Position numbers and translations under genes: made by a program | In this document: positions 1-8,728 of the stretch, in pieces | Numbering within the stretch: the first letter of the stretch is position 1 | How the letters are laid out: the number at the start of each line of letters is the position of its first letter | The notes under the pieces: generated by a model | Told to the model about the DNA's origin: nothing | Databases searched by the model: none | The model's input: the letters and a program-made list of their open reading frames with translations, nothing else | DNA from: an uncultured Sediminispirochaeta sp. | GTDB lineage: Bacteria > Spirochaetota > Spirochaetia > DSM-16054 > Sediminispirochaetaceae | Length of the DNA stretch: 64,000 nucleotides | Direction: 5' to 3' | Assembly: GCA_964504785.1 (NCBI GenBank) | Contig: CAZDFY010000003.1 | Coordinates: 25,595 to 89,594 of the forward strand

Positions 1-784
1 GGGTGAGGGTAAAACCGGGCAATGACAACTTGAGCAGCAAAAGTGGATTGAGGATGAGAGTAATATTGTGAAAAGCTACCAGAGTGGAGGCACGAGCGTG
101 CTTGTAAAATCCTATTTGAGTAAAGAAAAAAGCTACCCCTCCAAATATGAAACTCGCTAAAAAGATGAGCCAGCCCGCTGAAGTATGGGGAATAAGATGA
201 ATACGAGTTCCAACGCTCTGTCCTATTCCCTTTAAAATAGGATCCATCGCCGCCGCACAGCCGGTAAGGGTGCCGAAAAAAAGCCCCAGGGGCTTTTTCC
301 AATGAAGTTTTAGGGCAAGGCCCAGCAATACAAAATTTACCGGAAAATAAATTGAAATAAAGACCAAGACGGTATCTATCTCAACAGCACTCATCGGAGG
401 CACATCGCCTGTACTTCTACTGATACCAATCAAGATTGTACCGAGGGCAATGACAACAGCACCGGTATGTTGAAGGGGGGTGTGTTTTTCATGAAGTATG
501 TGTTCGGAGAAGAGCATTAAAACTACCAATCCGAACCCAAACATACTGGTGTAATATGAAGTCGGGGCATAAAGGTTGGCGACGAGGACCCACAAAAAGG
601 CGAGATTGTTCAGAATTATGCCGCTGAAGTAGGTGATCTTTTTGCGACGCTGGTGGGTCACTTGATGAAGGCGGTGTTCCTCCGGCCGTATTGCATCTAT
701 CCCGTATTTTTGGAGTCCCTTTGATATATGAATTTGAGTAGTGGCGATAATGCCGATGAATGATGCAACTAATGTTGGTTCCAT
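1..784 (-). CDS. multi-pass integral membrane protein, C-terminus beyond window edge (DMT/NIPA-like is an impression only)
   Basis: Not in the ORF track because it is open-ended. Checked manually: ATG at 784-782, and the reverse frame has no stop down to nt 2 (261 codons). N-terminus MEPTLVASFIGIIATTQIHISKGLQKYG, followed by repeated hydrophobic stretches. Confidence 0.5.
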   Translation of the reverse strand, partial: MEPTLVASFIGIIATTQIHISKGLQKYGIDAIRPEEHRLHQVTHQRRKKITYFSGIILNNLAFLWVLVANLYAPTSYYTSMFGFGLVVLMLFSEHILHEKHTPLQHTGAVVIALGTILIGISRSTGDVPPMSAVEIDTVLVFISIYFPVNFVLLGLALKLHWKKPLGLFFGTLTGCAAAMDPILKGIGQSVGTRIHLIPHTSAGWLIFLASFIFGGVAFFFTQIGFYKHARASTLVAFHNITLILNPLLLLKLSLPGFTLT

Positions 785-930
785 GACTGTTCTCTTATCG
801 TTCAGCACTATAGCCCTTTAAAGGAGTGATGTAAATATCTTTTTTTGATATCTTTGCACTATGCACCCTTTCTCATTATAGGAGGGGTACATTATTCCGA
901 CACTGTAATGGACAAGAAAAGGACAAGAAG

Positions 931-2115
931 ATGCAAAAGGGCGCACGGACAATAGGGACTACAGTTTTTCTTTTATGTATCACTGCGGCTCTCTTCGGTG
1001 ATATTTCTCCTCACATTATGTCGAAGGCGGCGGCGGTGTATGAGTATGAAACCGGTACGCTCCTCTACGAGAAAAATGGTGATCTCCCCATTCCCCCGGC
1101 ATCAATGACCAAACTTATGACCTTGCATCTGGCGTTTAAAGCGATTGAATCCGGTGAGATAGACCTGAATGCAACTGTTACTGTAGAGGCTTCGGATGAC
1201 TTTACACAACTGCCGCGCCGTTCATCCCTTATGTTCCTTGAAGAGGGACAAGAAGTGACTCTGTTGCAGCTTATGCAGGGCTTAGCTGTCCCCTCCGGAA
1301 ACGATGCCGCCCTGATGCTGGCACGGCTGCTTGCAGGTTCTGTAGACAATTTTGTGGAACTGATGAATCAGGAGGTCAGCGCTTTAGGATATGAGAATAT
1401 CTATTTTGATGATCCCGCCGGCTTAAGTGAAAAGAGTTATGTAACGGCGAAAGAGTTCGGCCTGTTTTGCTGTGAATATATCAGACAGCATCCGGAATCT
1501 CTAAAAATGCTGCACACTCTGTCTGAGTTTACTTATCCTCCTCCAGGTGTATCTTCATCAACCTATGGCCCTATCACGCAAGAGAACTACAATGTGCTGG
1601 TCGGCCGACATCCCTGGGTCGATGGGCTCAAAACCGGGTATATTGATGAATCCGGCTACAATATCTCCCTTACCGCCCGCGCTGATGGGCGACGTCTGGT
1701 GGCGGTTGTCCTGGGCGGGCCGGGGGAGAGCGGCCGAGAGGGGGCCTTAACTCGTGCGATTGACGGGGTGAATTTACTCTCCTACGGGTTTTATCATTTT
1801 ACCCGAGTTGAACCACAGTTCCCTACCCTGCGGAGTATTAAGGTGTGGAGGGGGGTACCGAATACAATACAGGCAAAAATCCATTCTCCCGTGGCTCTGG
1901 TGCTGCCCCTTGATACAGCTGCACAGATTCAAGTCCGGCACCAGCTGGATCTGCCCTTAGAAGCTCCCCTTGAAGCTGGTGCAAAGATCGGGGAAACACT
2001 TATTACCAGCGGGGATACCGTAATCCGTAGTTACCCGATAAGAGTGCCGATTGAAGTTAAGCTCGGAAGTTGGTGGCGACAACTTGTAGATTCAATAGGG
2101 CAATTACATCAATAA
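931..2115 (+). CDS. serine-type D-alanyl-D-alanine carboxypeptidase (PBP5/6-like)
   Basis: 394 aa with a hydrophobic N-terminus. Carries SxxK (PASMTKLMT), SxN (PSGNDAA) and KTG (GLKTGYI) motifs in canonical order. Confidence 0.85.
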   Translation: MQKGARTIGTTVFLLCITAALFGDISPHIMSKAAAVYEYETGTLLYEKNGDLPIPPASMTKLMTLHLAFKAIESGEIDLNATVTVEASDDFTQLPRRSSLMFLEEGQEVTLLQLMQGLAVPSGNDAALMLARLLAGSVDNFVELMNQEVSALGYENIYFDDPAGLSEKSYVTAKEFGLFCCEYIRQHPESLKMLHTLSEFTYPPPGVSSSTYGPITQENYNVLVGRHPWVDGLKTGYIDESGYNISLTARADGRRLVAVVLGGPGESGREGALTRAIDGVNLLSYGFYHFTRVEPQFPTLRSIKVWRGVPNTIQAKIHSPVALVLPLDTAAQIQVRHQLDLPLEAPLEAGAKIGETLITSGDTVIRSYPIRVPIEVKLGSWWRQLVDSIGQLHQ

Positions 2116-2155
2116 GCCCTGGTGCTTTCAAAAATCAGAGATTTGTGAAGGCACC

Positions 2156-2503
2156 TCAATAAGGAAATTTTTCTTCCGGCCGCCGCTCAGGAATAGGTAC
2201 AGGGAATTCCCCTGAGGCTGCAAACTTTTCGGAAAGAAACAGTCCGCAATAACACTGGCCGTACTCCTCAATATCCTCAAAACTGTAGGTACATGGACAC
2301 ATGATGTCCCGGTCGTATTCACGGTCGCCGTAACTGTCACGGCAGGGGCATTGAAAAAAGCCGAAACGGCGGTAGTTTGTGAGTAACCCCTCAGCAAGGT
2401 CATTGAGAAACTGCCTGTCCTGTATCACCGCCCAGTTGTATTGATGTGCAGCCCTGTGAATAAAGTCGATTATGTCATCGAGGGTTTTTTCTTGGGGGTT
2501 CAT
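2156..2503 (-). CDS. ferredoxin:thioredoxin reductase catalytic-subunit-like protein
   Basis: 115 aa with three CxC motifs spaced CPC-x14-CPC-x12-CYC. Lies 10 nt downstream of a CxxC thioredoxin-fold gene. Confidence 0.7.
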   Translation of the reverse strand: MNPQEKTLDDIIDFIHRAAHQYNWAVIQDRQFLNDLAEGLLTNYRRFGFFQCPCRDSYGDREYDRDIMCPCTYSFEDIEEYGQCYCGLFLSEKFAASGEFPVPIPERRPEEKFPY

Positions 2504-2513
2504 GGGTAAAACC

Positions 2514-2819
2514 TTAATCCTCTAATCCCAAAGATTTGCTCCACGCTTTTTCTATAAAACCCAATTGAAAATCCGACTCATCAATGATAATGGAGGGGAA
2601 AAGGGCCCTTTGTCCAAATTTATCCTTAAACTCCTCGGAGAGCTTCTTTTTATCTTGGGGAGATAGCTTGTCAACGTATACATACTGAAATTCTATGTCC
2701 TTATTTCGCAGATACTCCATCCCACGGGTGCAGAAGGCACAGGTGGTAAGTGCCAGTACCAGTACATCTTTCTCTTTCCAGGAACCTTCCTGTTTTTCAA
2801 AGGGTAACCATTCAAACAT
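2514..2819 (-). CDS. glutaredoxin-like / thioredoxin-fold CxxC protein
   Basis: 101 aa with a CAFC redox motif after a beta-strand-like VLVLALTT. Size and layout resemble small glutaredoxin-like proteins. Confidence 0.65.
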   Translation of the reverse strand: MFEWLPFEKQEGSWKEKDVLVLALTTCAFCTRGMEYLRNKDIEFQYVYVDKLSPQDKKKLSEEFKDKFGQRALFPSIIIDESDFQLGFIEKAWSKSLGLED

Positions 2820-2961
2820 TGTTCAAACCTCCTTGGTAAATTTATTAGTTTTTATGTAATGAAAGTCAAGTCTTATGTAAAATTTTTTGGCGTTTCAAAA
2901 GTTAATAATTTGTGGGTGCTTTTAAAATACAAGAATCCTATGAAAAAAAGGGGGTAATGGC

Positions 2962-3978
2962 TTAGCTATAAATCTTAAAACGGTTCTTTACATTATTGAT
3001 ATCGGGAGTACCGGTCATAGTCATTACTTCCTGTAATTCTGTTTTTAGCGTAAGGAGTTCTTTCGTAACTGCATCAGCTCCTCCGCCGATGGCCGCTATT
3101 GCCATTGGGCGGCCGATCATTACTGCATCCGCCCCCAGGGCGAGCATTTTGAATACATCCGCCCCGGAGCGGATGCCCCCGTCAACTAGTACCGGGATTC
3201 TTCCCTGTACGGCTTTAACAATTTCCGGCAGCACCTCTGCTGTTCCCGGGGTGTGGTCCAATACTCGGCCCCCGTGGTTGGAGACTATAATTGCATGTAC
3301 CCCGGCATCCACGGCTATCAAGGCTTCATCGGGGGTCATTATGCCCTTGAGAACAAACTGCATATCCGAAGACTCTACAATTTTTTGAATTTCCTTTGGG
3401 GGTTTGGGATACACCGGGAGGCCCATCTCCTTCAGCGTAATTAAACCGGCAGCATCGATATCCATTCCGTATATCTCCGCCCCCGCCGATTGAAGCTCTT
3501 CAATTCGTTTTAAAAGCTGTTGCTCCGCCCACGGTTTAATAAAGGGCAGGGCTGTGTGGGGGTGTGCACTTAAGGTGTGTAAAGCGGCGTTGAATATTTC
3601 CGGGACCTCTCCATCCCCGGTACCACCCAGGGTTCCCGCGTTTTCAGCTCCGCAGACCATAGATTCAATGTAGGTATCTTCGCTTATTAGGCTTGACATG
3701 TTGTAGCGGACCCCGCCGAGGGGGCTTATGAGAATCGGCATGTCGAGGCTTCTATTTAATAAGCGGGTTTCCGTGTTGGTTGAGTAAACCGAATGGAGAG
3801 TTCGCATCTGAATTTTTACTTGAGCCAGAGCTCGCAGGTTTTCCTTGAAACTGGATCCGGTACCGGTGCCTCCCATACCGGGGACTTCCCCGGCACATGC
3901 CCGACCGTCACAAATCGGGCAGACCCGGCAAAACCCCTGCATTCGTTCACGGGCGTTTGTGATTACCTCTTTATCCAT
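2962..3978 (-). CDS. FMN-dependent alpha-hydroxy-acid oxidoreductase family protein with N-terminal Cys cluster
   Basis: 338 aa TIM-barrel-like FMN enzyme signature (VSNHGGR, DGGIRSGADV). N-terminal CRVCPICDGRAC. Overlaps the galE stop by 8 nt. Confidence 0.7.
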   Translation of the reverse strand: MDKEVITNARERMQGFCRVCPICDGRACAGEVPGMGGTGTGSSFKENLRALAQVKIQMRTLHSVYSTNTETRLLNRSLDMPILISPLGGVRYNMSSLISEDTYIESMVCGAENAGTLGGTGDGEVPEIFNAALHTLSAHPHTALPFIKPWAEQQLLKRIEELQSAGAEIYGMDIDAAGLITLKEMGLPVYPKPPKEIQKIVESSDMQFVLKGIMTPDEALIAVDAGVHAIIVSNHGGRVLDHTPGTAEVLPEIVKAVQGRIPVLVDGGIRSGADVFKMLALGADAVMIGRPMAIAAIGGGADAVTKELLTLKTELQEVMTMTGTPDINNVKNRFKIYS

Positions 3979-4945
3979 AAGTTTTCTTGTATACCTGCCA
4001 GGTCGTCTCTATAAGTTCTTCAGCGCTGCTGAATTGTGCTTTCCAATTGAGGAGTTTATATGCATGATCGGCCGATGCAACCAGCTTAGCCGGGTCCCCG
4101 GGACGGCGGTCAACTATCTTCATCGGAATTTTACGCCCGGTGATTTTACGGGCCGATTCAATTATTTCCAGCACACTCAAGCCGGTTTCGCTGCCGAGAT
4201 TGACTAGTACGCTTTGCTTTGAGGCGGCCACTTTTTCAGTTGCCTTGACATGGGCATCAGCGAGGTCTGTTACGTGAATATAGTCGCGAACCCCTGTTCC
4301 GTCTAGGGTGTCGTAATCATTTCCAAATACCAGCAGTTCATCACGGACACCTACCGCCGCTTCCATAACCACGGGAATAAGGTTCGCCGGGTTTTTCTCT
4401 AAACCAGTGACACGACCGCTAGGGTCATAGCCGGCTGCGTTAAAATAGCGGAGGGAGGCGAATTTTAGACCCTTCAATTGATCGTACCACTTCAAATTTC
4501 GCTCTATCTCCAGTTTAGTAAAACCGTAATAGTTGGTGGGTTTTGTAGGATGTGTTTCATCAATGGGCAGATATTCAGGTTCTCCGTACACAGCCGCGGA
4601 TGAGGAAAGTACAAAGTTTTGTATGTTGTGGTGTACTGCGGCAATCATTAGGTTGAGGGAGCCGGTAATATTGTTGACTGAGAATTTTTCTGGAATTATC
4701 ATCGATTCTCCGGCGGCCTTAAAAGCAGCGAGGTGGATAAGGGCGTCCCACCCTTCAGAACACACTGCATCTACACGCTGAGTGTCCAGAATATCTCCTT
4801 CAAAAAACTGAGAATCGGGATGAAGATTTTCACGCAACCCGCTTGAAAGGTTGTCAAGAATGCCTACCTCGTGGCCCTTATCCAGAAAGGCTAAAGCGAC
4901 GTGGCTGCCGATATACCCGGCGCCTCCGACTAAAAGTACGCGCAT
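3971..4945 (-). CDS. galE: UDP-glucose 4-epimerase
   Basis: 324 aa. N-terminal Rossmann motif MRVLLVGGAGYIGSH, a YGFTK (YxxxK) catalytic motif, and typical GalE length. Confidence 0.85.
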   Translation of the reverse strand: MRVLLVGGAGYIGSHVALAFLDKGHEVGILDNLSSGLRENLHPDSQFFEGDILDTQRVDAVCSEGWDALIHLAAFKAAGESMIIPEKFSVNNITGSLNLMIAAVHHNIQNFVLSSSAAVYGEPEYLPIDETHPTKPTNYYGFTKLEIERNLKWYDQLKGLKFASLRYFNAAGYDPSGRVTGLEKNPANLIPVVMEAAVGVRDELLVFGNDYDTLDGTGVRDYIHVTDLADAHVKATEKVAASKQSVLVNLGSETGLSVLEIIESARKITGRKIPMKIVDRRPGDPAKLVASADHAYKLLNWKAQFSSAEELIETTWQVYKKTYG

Positions 4946-5024
4946 ATTATTACTCCAGCTTATTTTATGTATTCTCTTTATACCCTATAATTCTGCAGGA
5001 TGCAATGAGTCCTAGTACTTAACT

Positions 5025-6368
5025 TCAATCCTCAAACTGTTGCAGGACCGATCGGATCTCTTTGAGGCGTCCATCAAGTTCCTTCTGGTTCAGGGCCTCA
5101 ACTACCAGGCGCAAATAGGGCTCCGTATTTGAAGGGCGAACGTTAAACCACCAATCGGGGTATTCAATCCTGTAACCGTCAAAATCGAGAAGGGCGGAGG
5201 GCTGTTTTTGGGCGGTAAAATGGTCTTTTAACGCTTCCATCGCCGCTTCTTTCTCTTCAATACGAAAATTGATTTCCCCGGAATTGGCATACACCTTAAT
5301 TTCATCAATAAGCCGGCTCAGAGTTACCCCTTCTTTCTTTACTTCCAGAACAACGTGCAATACCAGCAAACTGGCGAGTATTCCGGAATCGCAATTATAA
5401 AAATCCCTGAAGTAGTAATGGCCTGCCAATTCTCCACCAAATACAGCCTTAAGCTCACGGAGTTTCAGTTTTGCATAGGCGTGCCCAACCTTCCAGGTAT
5501 GGGGAGTTCCCCCGAGTTTTTCAATGTATTCCGAAACCGAACGGGAAGTGCGGATATCCTGAAGCACAGGCCCCTTCTCACGTTCGAGGTAGTAGCGGCC
5601 GAGTACGGCAATAATGAGGTCCGGTGGAATAAAGGAACCCTTTTCATCTACAAACATGACACGGTCACCATCCCCGTCATAGATGATACCTATATCACTG
5701 TTGTTTTTCTTTACCGCCGCCTTAAGGTCCCTGACATTTTCCTCCTCCAGGGGATTAGGAGCATGGTTGGGAAATGTACCATCGAGTGTGTCGTAGAGGT
5801 AATGCGGCTTCTCTCCTAGAAGGTCTTTAATTAGCAAGGCCGCCATTCCATTGGAACAGTCTACCGTGATATCTAAAGATGAAAGGTCCCGGGGTACATA
5901 CTTTTTCAAGAAATCGATGTAGGTATCCTTTACATCAATCGGTTCAATCTTTCCCCGTTGTTCTACAGGTTCAACTACACCGGAGGAAATGAGTTGTTCA
6001 AGGTCTGCAAGTCCTGAATAATAGCCTACAGGAAGGGCGCCGGTTCGGGATACTTTTAGCCCGTTATACTCCTTGGGATTGTGGCTGGCGGTAATCTGTA
6101 CGGATGCATCAAAGTTGAAGCGGGCAGTTCCAAAATAGACCATAGGGGTAGTTGCAAGTCCCATGTCGTAGACATCAGCACCGGCATCGTTTATTCCCCT
6201 GCTAAGGGCATCAAAGATTTCTTCAGTGCTGCTGCGCACATCCCGGCCGACTAATACTTTATCTGTTTTTAGAAGGCGTGGTAAGAAAAAACCGATTTTA
6301 TACACGTCTTCAGCGTTAAAATCACGGTTGTACACACCGCGAATATCATAGGCCTTAAATGCTTTCAT
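5025..6368 (-). CDS. phosphomannomutase/phosphoglucomutase
   Basis: 447 aa. FKAYDIRG N-terminus, phosphoserine loop TASHNPKEYNG, and Mg loop DGDGDR. Confidence 0.85.
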   Translation of the reverse strand: MKAFKAYDIRGVYNRDFNAEDVYKIGFFLPRLLKTDKVLVGRDVRSSTEEIFDALSRGINDAGADVYDMGLATTPMVYFGTARFNFDASVQITASHNPKEYNGLKVSRTGALPVGYYSGLADLEQLISSGVVEPVEQRGKIEPIDVKDTYIDFLKKYVPRDLSSLDITVDCSNGMAALLIKDLLGEKPHYLYDTLDGTFPNHAPNPLEEENVRDLKAAVKKNNSDIGIIYDGDGDRVMFVDEKGSFIPPDLIIAVLGRYYLEREKGPVLQDIRTSRSVSEYIEKLGGTPHTWKVGHAYAKLKLRELKAVFGGELAGHYYFRDFYNCDSGILASLLVLHVVLEVKKEGVTLSRLIDEIKVYANSGEINFRIEEKEAAMEALKDHFTAQKQPSALLDFDGYRIEYPDWWFNVRPSNTEPYLRLVVEALNQKELDGRLKEIRSVLQQFED

Positions 6369-6825
6369 ATTCTCTCCTTGGGTTTATGTAGTCTTCCAAA
6401 TTTTTTGTATCGTACATTTCACAAAACCAGACAGTACCGTCGTTAAACTGAACAGCATGTACCGTTCTGTCTAGAAACCGCTTAAATCTACCCGGAGTTG
6501 TGACTTGCGCGAGTGTCCGCTTTCCCCGTAGAATTTTTAGGGCATCCCGGCGGCTAATCTCTTTAAGGAGGGTAATCGAATCTAGGGAAGCAGTTTTTTT
6601 AGTCTTTTTATATGGGGTGCGTGTGGTGCTTATTATACGGTAGATCGGGCGATCGGATTCAAAATCTTCGAAAATGAGGGTCCCTTGTACGATGTAGAGG
6701 AGCCCACCCTTGGTAAGAATCTGCCGGTCCTTTCCGGCAAGTAAAAAGGCGTAGGTTTTCCATTCAAGGGGCCCTCCGTTCTCCAGTTCTAACTGCTTTG
6801 TGAGTTTATTACTTTGATTGTCCAT
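6355..6825 (-). CDS. hypothetical protein
   Basis: 156-aa ORF packed between OsmC (abutting) and the PMM gene (14-nt overlap). No motif recognised. Confidence 0.45.
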   Translation of the reverse strand: MDNQSNKLTKQLELENGGPLEWKTYAFLLAGKDRQILTKGGLLYIVQGTLIFEDFESDRPIYRIISTTRTPYKKTKKTASLDSITLLKEISRRDALKILRGKRTLAQVTTPGRFKRFLDRTVHAVQFNDGTVWFCEMYDTKNLEDYINPRREYESI

Positions 6826-7245
6826 TTAGATATATTTTATCTCGTAATCAACGGTGATCGCTTTTTTCAGAAGCGCGCTTACCCCGCAGTACCGTTCCTG
6901 ACTCAGTTCAACCGCCTTCTTAACCTTTTTCTCGTCAAGCTTATCGGAAGCTTTGAACTCATAGATAACTTTGATTGTATGATAGTGCTTAGGGTGTTCT
7001 TCGGTTGCCTCCGCCTCTATGTCTACATTGAAGTAGGTAAAGGGCTGCTGCATTTTTTTCAGTATTGAAATAACATCCATTCCGGTACACCCGGCCAATG
7101 AGGCGAGTAAAAGCGGTTTCGGTCGCGGTCCTTCATCCTTTCCGCCGACGGAATCATCGGCATCCATTACAAACTTATGGCCGTTTACCTCGGTTTCAAA
7201 GGCCATTCCCTCTTTCCATGTAGAATTTAAAGTATGATGTGACAT
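6826..7245 (-). CDS. OsmC family peroxiredoxin-like protein
   Basis: 139 aa. GPRPKPLLLASLAGCTGMD and a second Cys in ERYCGVS, which is the typical OsmC two-Cys layout. Confidence 0.8.
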   Translation of the reverse strand: MSHHTLNSTWKEGMAFETEVNGHKFVMDADDSVGGKDEGPRPKPLLLASLAGCTGMDVISILKKMQQPFTYFNVDIEAEATEEHPKHYHTIKVIYEFKASDKLDEKKVKKAVELSQERYCGVSALLKKAITVDYEIKYI

Positions 7246-7363
7246 ATGTTCTCCTCCTTGTTCGGTGTAAATATATCAATAATTCGAAGGGAAAGCAAAA
7301 GGCCCTTACCTTCTATTGTGTGGGGCTATCAAGCCTCTATCCCTCTGCTTCCTATCCTGGAAC

Positions 7364-7639
7364 TTACAAGATTTGTTTTACCTCCGGTAAGGCCTCAAGG
7401 CTTGAATAGAGATTCTGCAGCTGTTCCCGGTTCTGTATGTACACAGTTGTGGTAAAACTCATATACTTCTTTTTCCCACTGCTCTTGTTTTTCCATTCTT
7501 TAGGTGCAAGGAGCAGCTTATGAAATATAGATTCAAGTCGGGTTTGTTGGTCTGAGATTGAGTCGGGCATGATGGTAATAATTTTCATTACCGTCCTTGC
7601 CGGAAAATGGGGGTGTTGATTATCGGAAAATGATGCCAT
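7364..7639 (-). CDS. YbeD/DUF493-like small protein
   Basis: 91 aa. FPARTVMKIITIM and the C-terminal YMSFTTTVYIQNREQLQNLYSSLEALPEVKQIL align by eye to E. coli YbeD. GAGGAG RBS upstream. Confidence 0.6.
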   Translation of the reverse strand: MASFSDNQHPHFPARTVMKIITIMPDSISDQQTRLESIFHKLLLAPKEWKNKSSGKKKYMSFTTTVYIQNREQLQNLYSSLEALPEVKQIL

Positions 7640-7676
7640 ACTATACTCCTCTATACAGGATACTATTTGGATTATT

Positions 7677-8624
7677 ATGGATACAAGTCAACTACAAAAA
7701 GATTTTGGAAAACTTCTAAAAAAAAATCATCAGGAATTTCGGAATTTATTTTCACACATGGATACAGACTGCTTTCGGGTCTATAACTGGAATATTGCGG
7801 AAATACCATGGTTCATTGATTTTTACGGGAATTATCTGCATATCTCTTCCATGGCAGAATCCCGCCGCCCCGAATTTCTTGATGCGGAGGCCGATTTTCT
7901 GGACACCGCCGCAAGGATGCTGTATGTCCCTTATGAAAGGATTTTCTTCAAACACCGCTTTGTGCAGGGGCGAGCTCTTCAGCACGAAAAGCTGAATCAG
8001 AAAGAAAAAAACCTGATAGTGCAGGAACAGGGGCTGAAGTTCAAGGTGAACCTATCGGATTACCTTGATACCGGATTGTTTTTGGACCACAGGCTAAGCC
8101 GGCAGTTGGTGCGGGAAGTCGCCGCCGGAAACCGAATTCTCAATTTATTTGCGTATACCGGTGCTTTTACCGTGTATGCGGCCGCCGGTGCAGCTGCTGG
8201 TACCGTATCTGTTGATCTTTCTGCCCCGTATGTGCGCTGGGCCCAGGAGAATTTGGAGCTCAACGGTCTGTCCGGTGATATGCACACTTTTCACAATAGC
8301 GATGCACGGGAATATCTGCAGAGGGCGGTTGAAAGGGGTGAAAGATACGATGTGATTATCCTAGATCCTCCAACCTTCTCAAATAGCAGAAAAATCGAGG
8401 GGACCTTCGATATTCAACGGGATTATGTGTGGTTTATTGGGCAGTGCCTGAAGCTGCTTTCAAAAAACGGCAGTATCCTTTTTTCAACTAACTATCACAA
8501 ATTCCATTTTGACCCCGGCAGGCTGCGGGGCGCGGAAGTGGAGAATACTACTCGCACTACAATTCCTCCCGATTTTAATGGGAAGCGCCGGCCTCACCGC
8601 AGCTGGGTAATTCGCCGGCGATGA
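7677..8624 (+). CDS. class I SAM-dependent (rRNA) methyltransferase, RlmK/RlmI-like
   Basis: 315 aa. SAM motif I ILNLFAYTGAFTVYAA and motif IV DPPTFSNS. Confidence 0.7.
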   Translation: MDTSQLQKDFGKLLKKNHQEFRNLFSHMDTDCFRVYNWNIAEIPWFIDFYGNYLHISSMAESRRPEFLDAEADFLDTAARMLYVPYERIFFKHRFVQGRALQHEKLNQKEKNLIVQEQGLKFKVNLSDYLDTGLFLDHRLSRQLVREVAAGNRILNLFAYTGAFTVYAAAGAAAGTVSVDLSAPYVRWAQENLELNGLSGDMHTFHNSDAREYLQRAVERGERYDVIILDPPTFSNSRKIEGTFDIQRDYVWFIGQCLKLLSKNGSILFSTNYHKFHFDPGRLRGAEVENTTRTTIPPDFNGKRRPHRSWVIRRR

Positions 8625-8659
8625 TAAGGCCCTCATCCGGCCGCCCCACGTAACGATCC

Positions 8660-8705
8660 GGCTGTACGAGGGCTGTACGAGGGACCCATGTGAGGGCTGT
8701 ACAAG
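8660..8705. repeat. three copies of the 11-mer GGCTGTAC(G/A)AG
   Basis: Copies at 8660-8670, 8671-8681 (tandem) and 8695-8705. Located in the 104-nt gap between convergent genes. Confidence 0.8.
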
Positions 8706-8728
8706 GCGTTCAACATATGTGACGGGCC

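Noticed and set aside
5025-6368. Possibility that the 447-aa mutase is GlmM, the missing partner of cdaA-cdaR
   Set aside because: The N-terminal FKAYDIRG and the TASHNPKEYNG loop are PMM/PGM-type rather than GlmM-type (GTDGIRG, SASHNP..DNG). The gene is also 44 kb away from cdaA.
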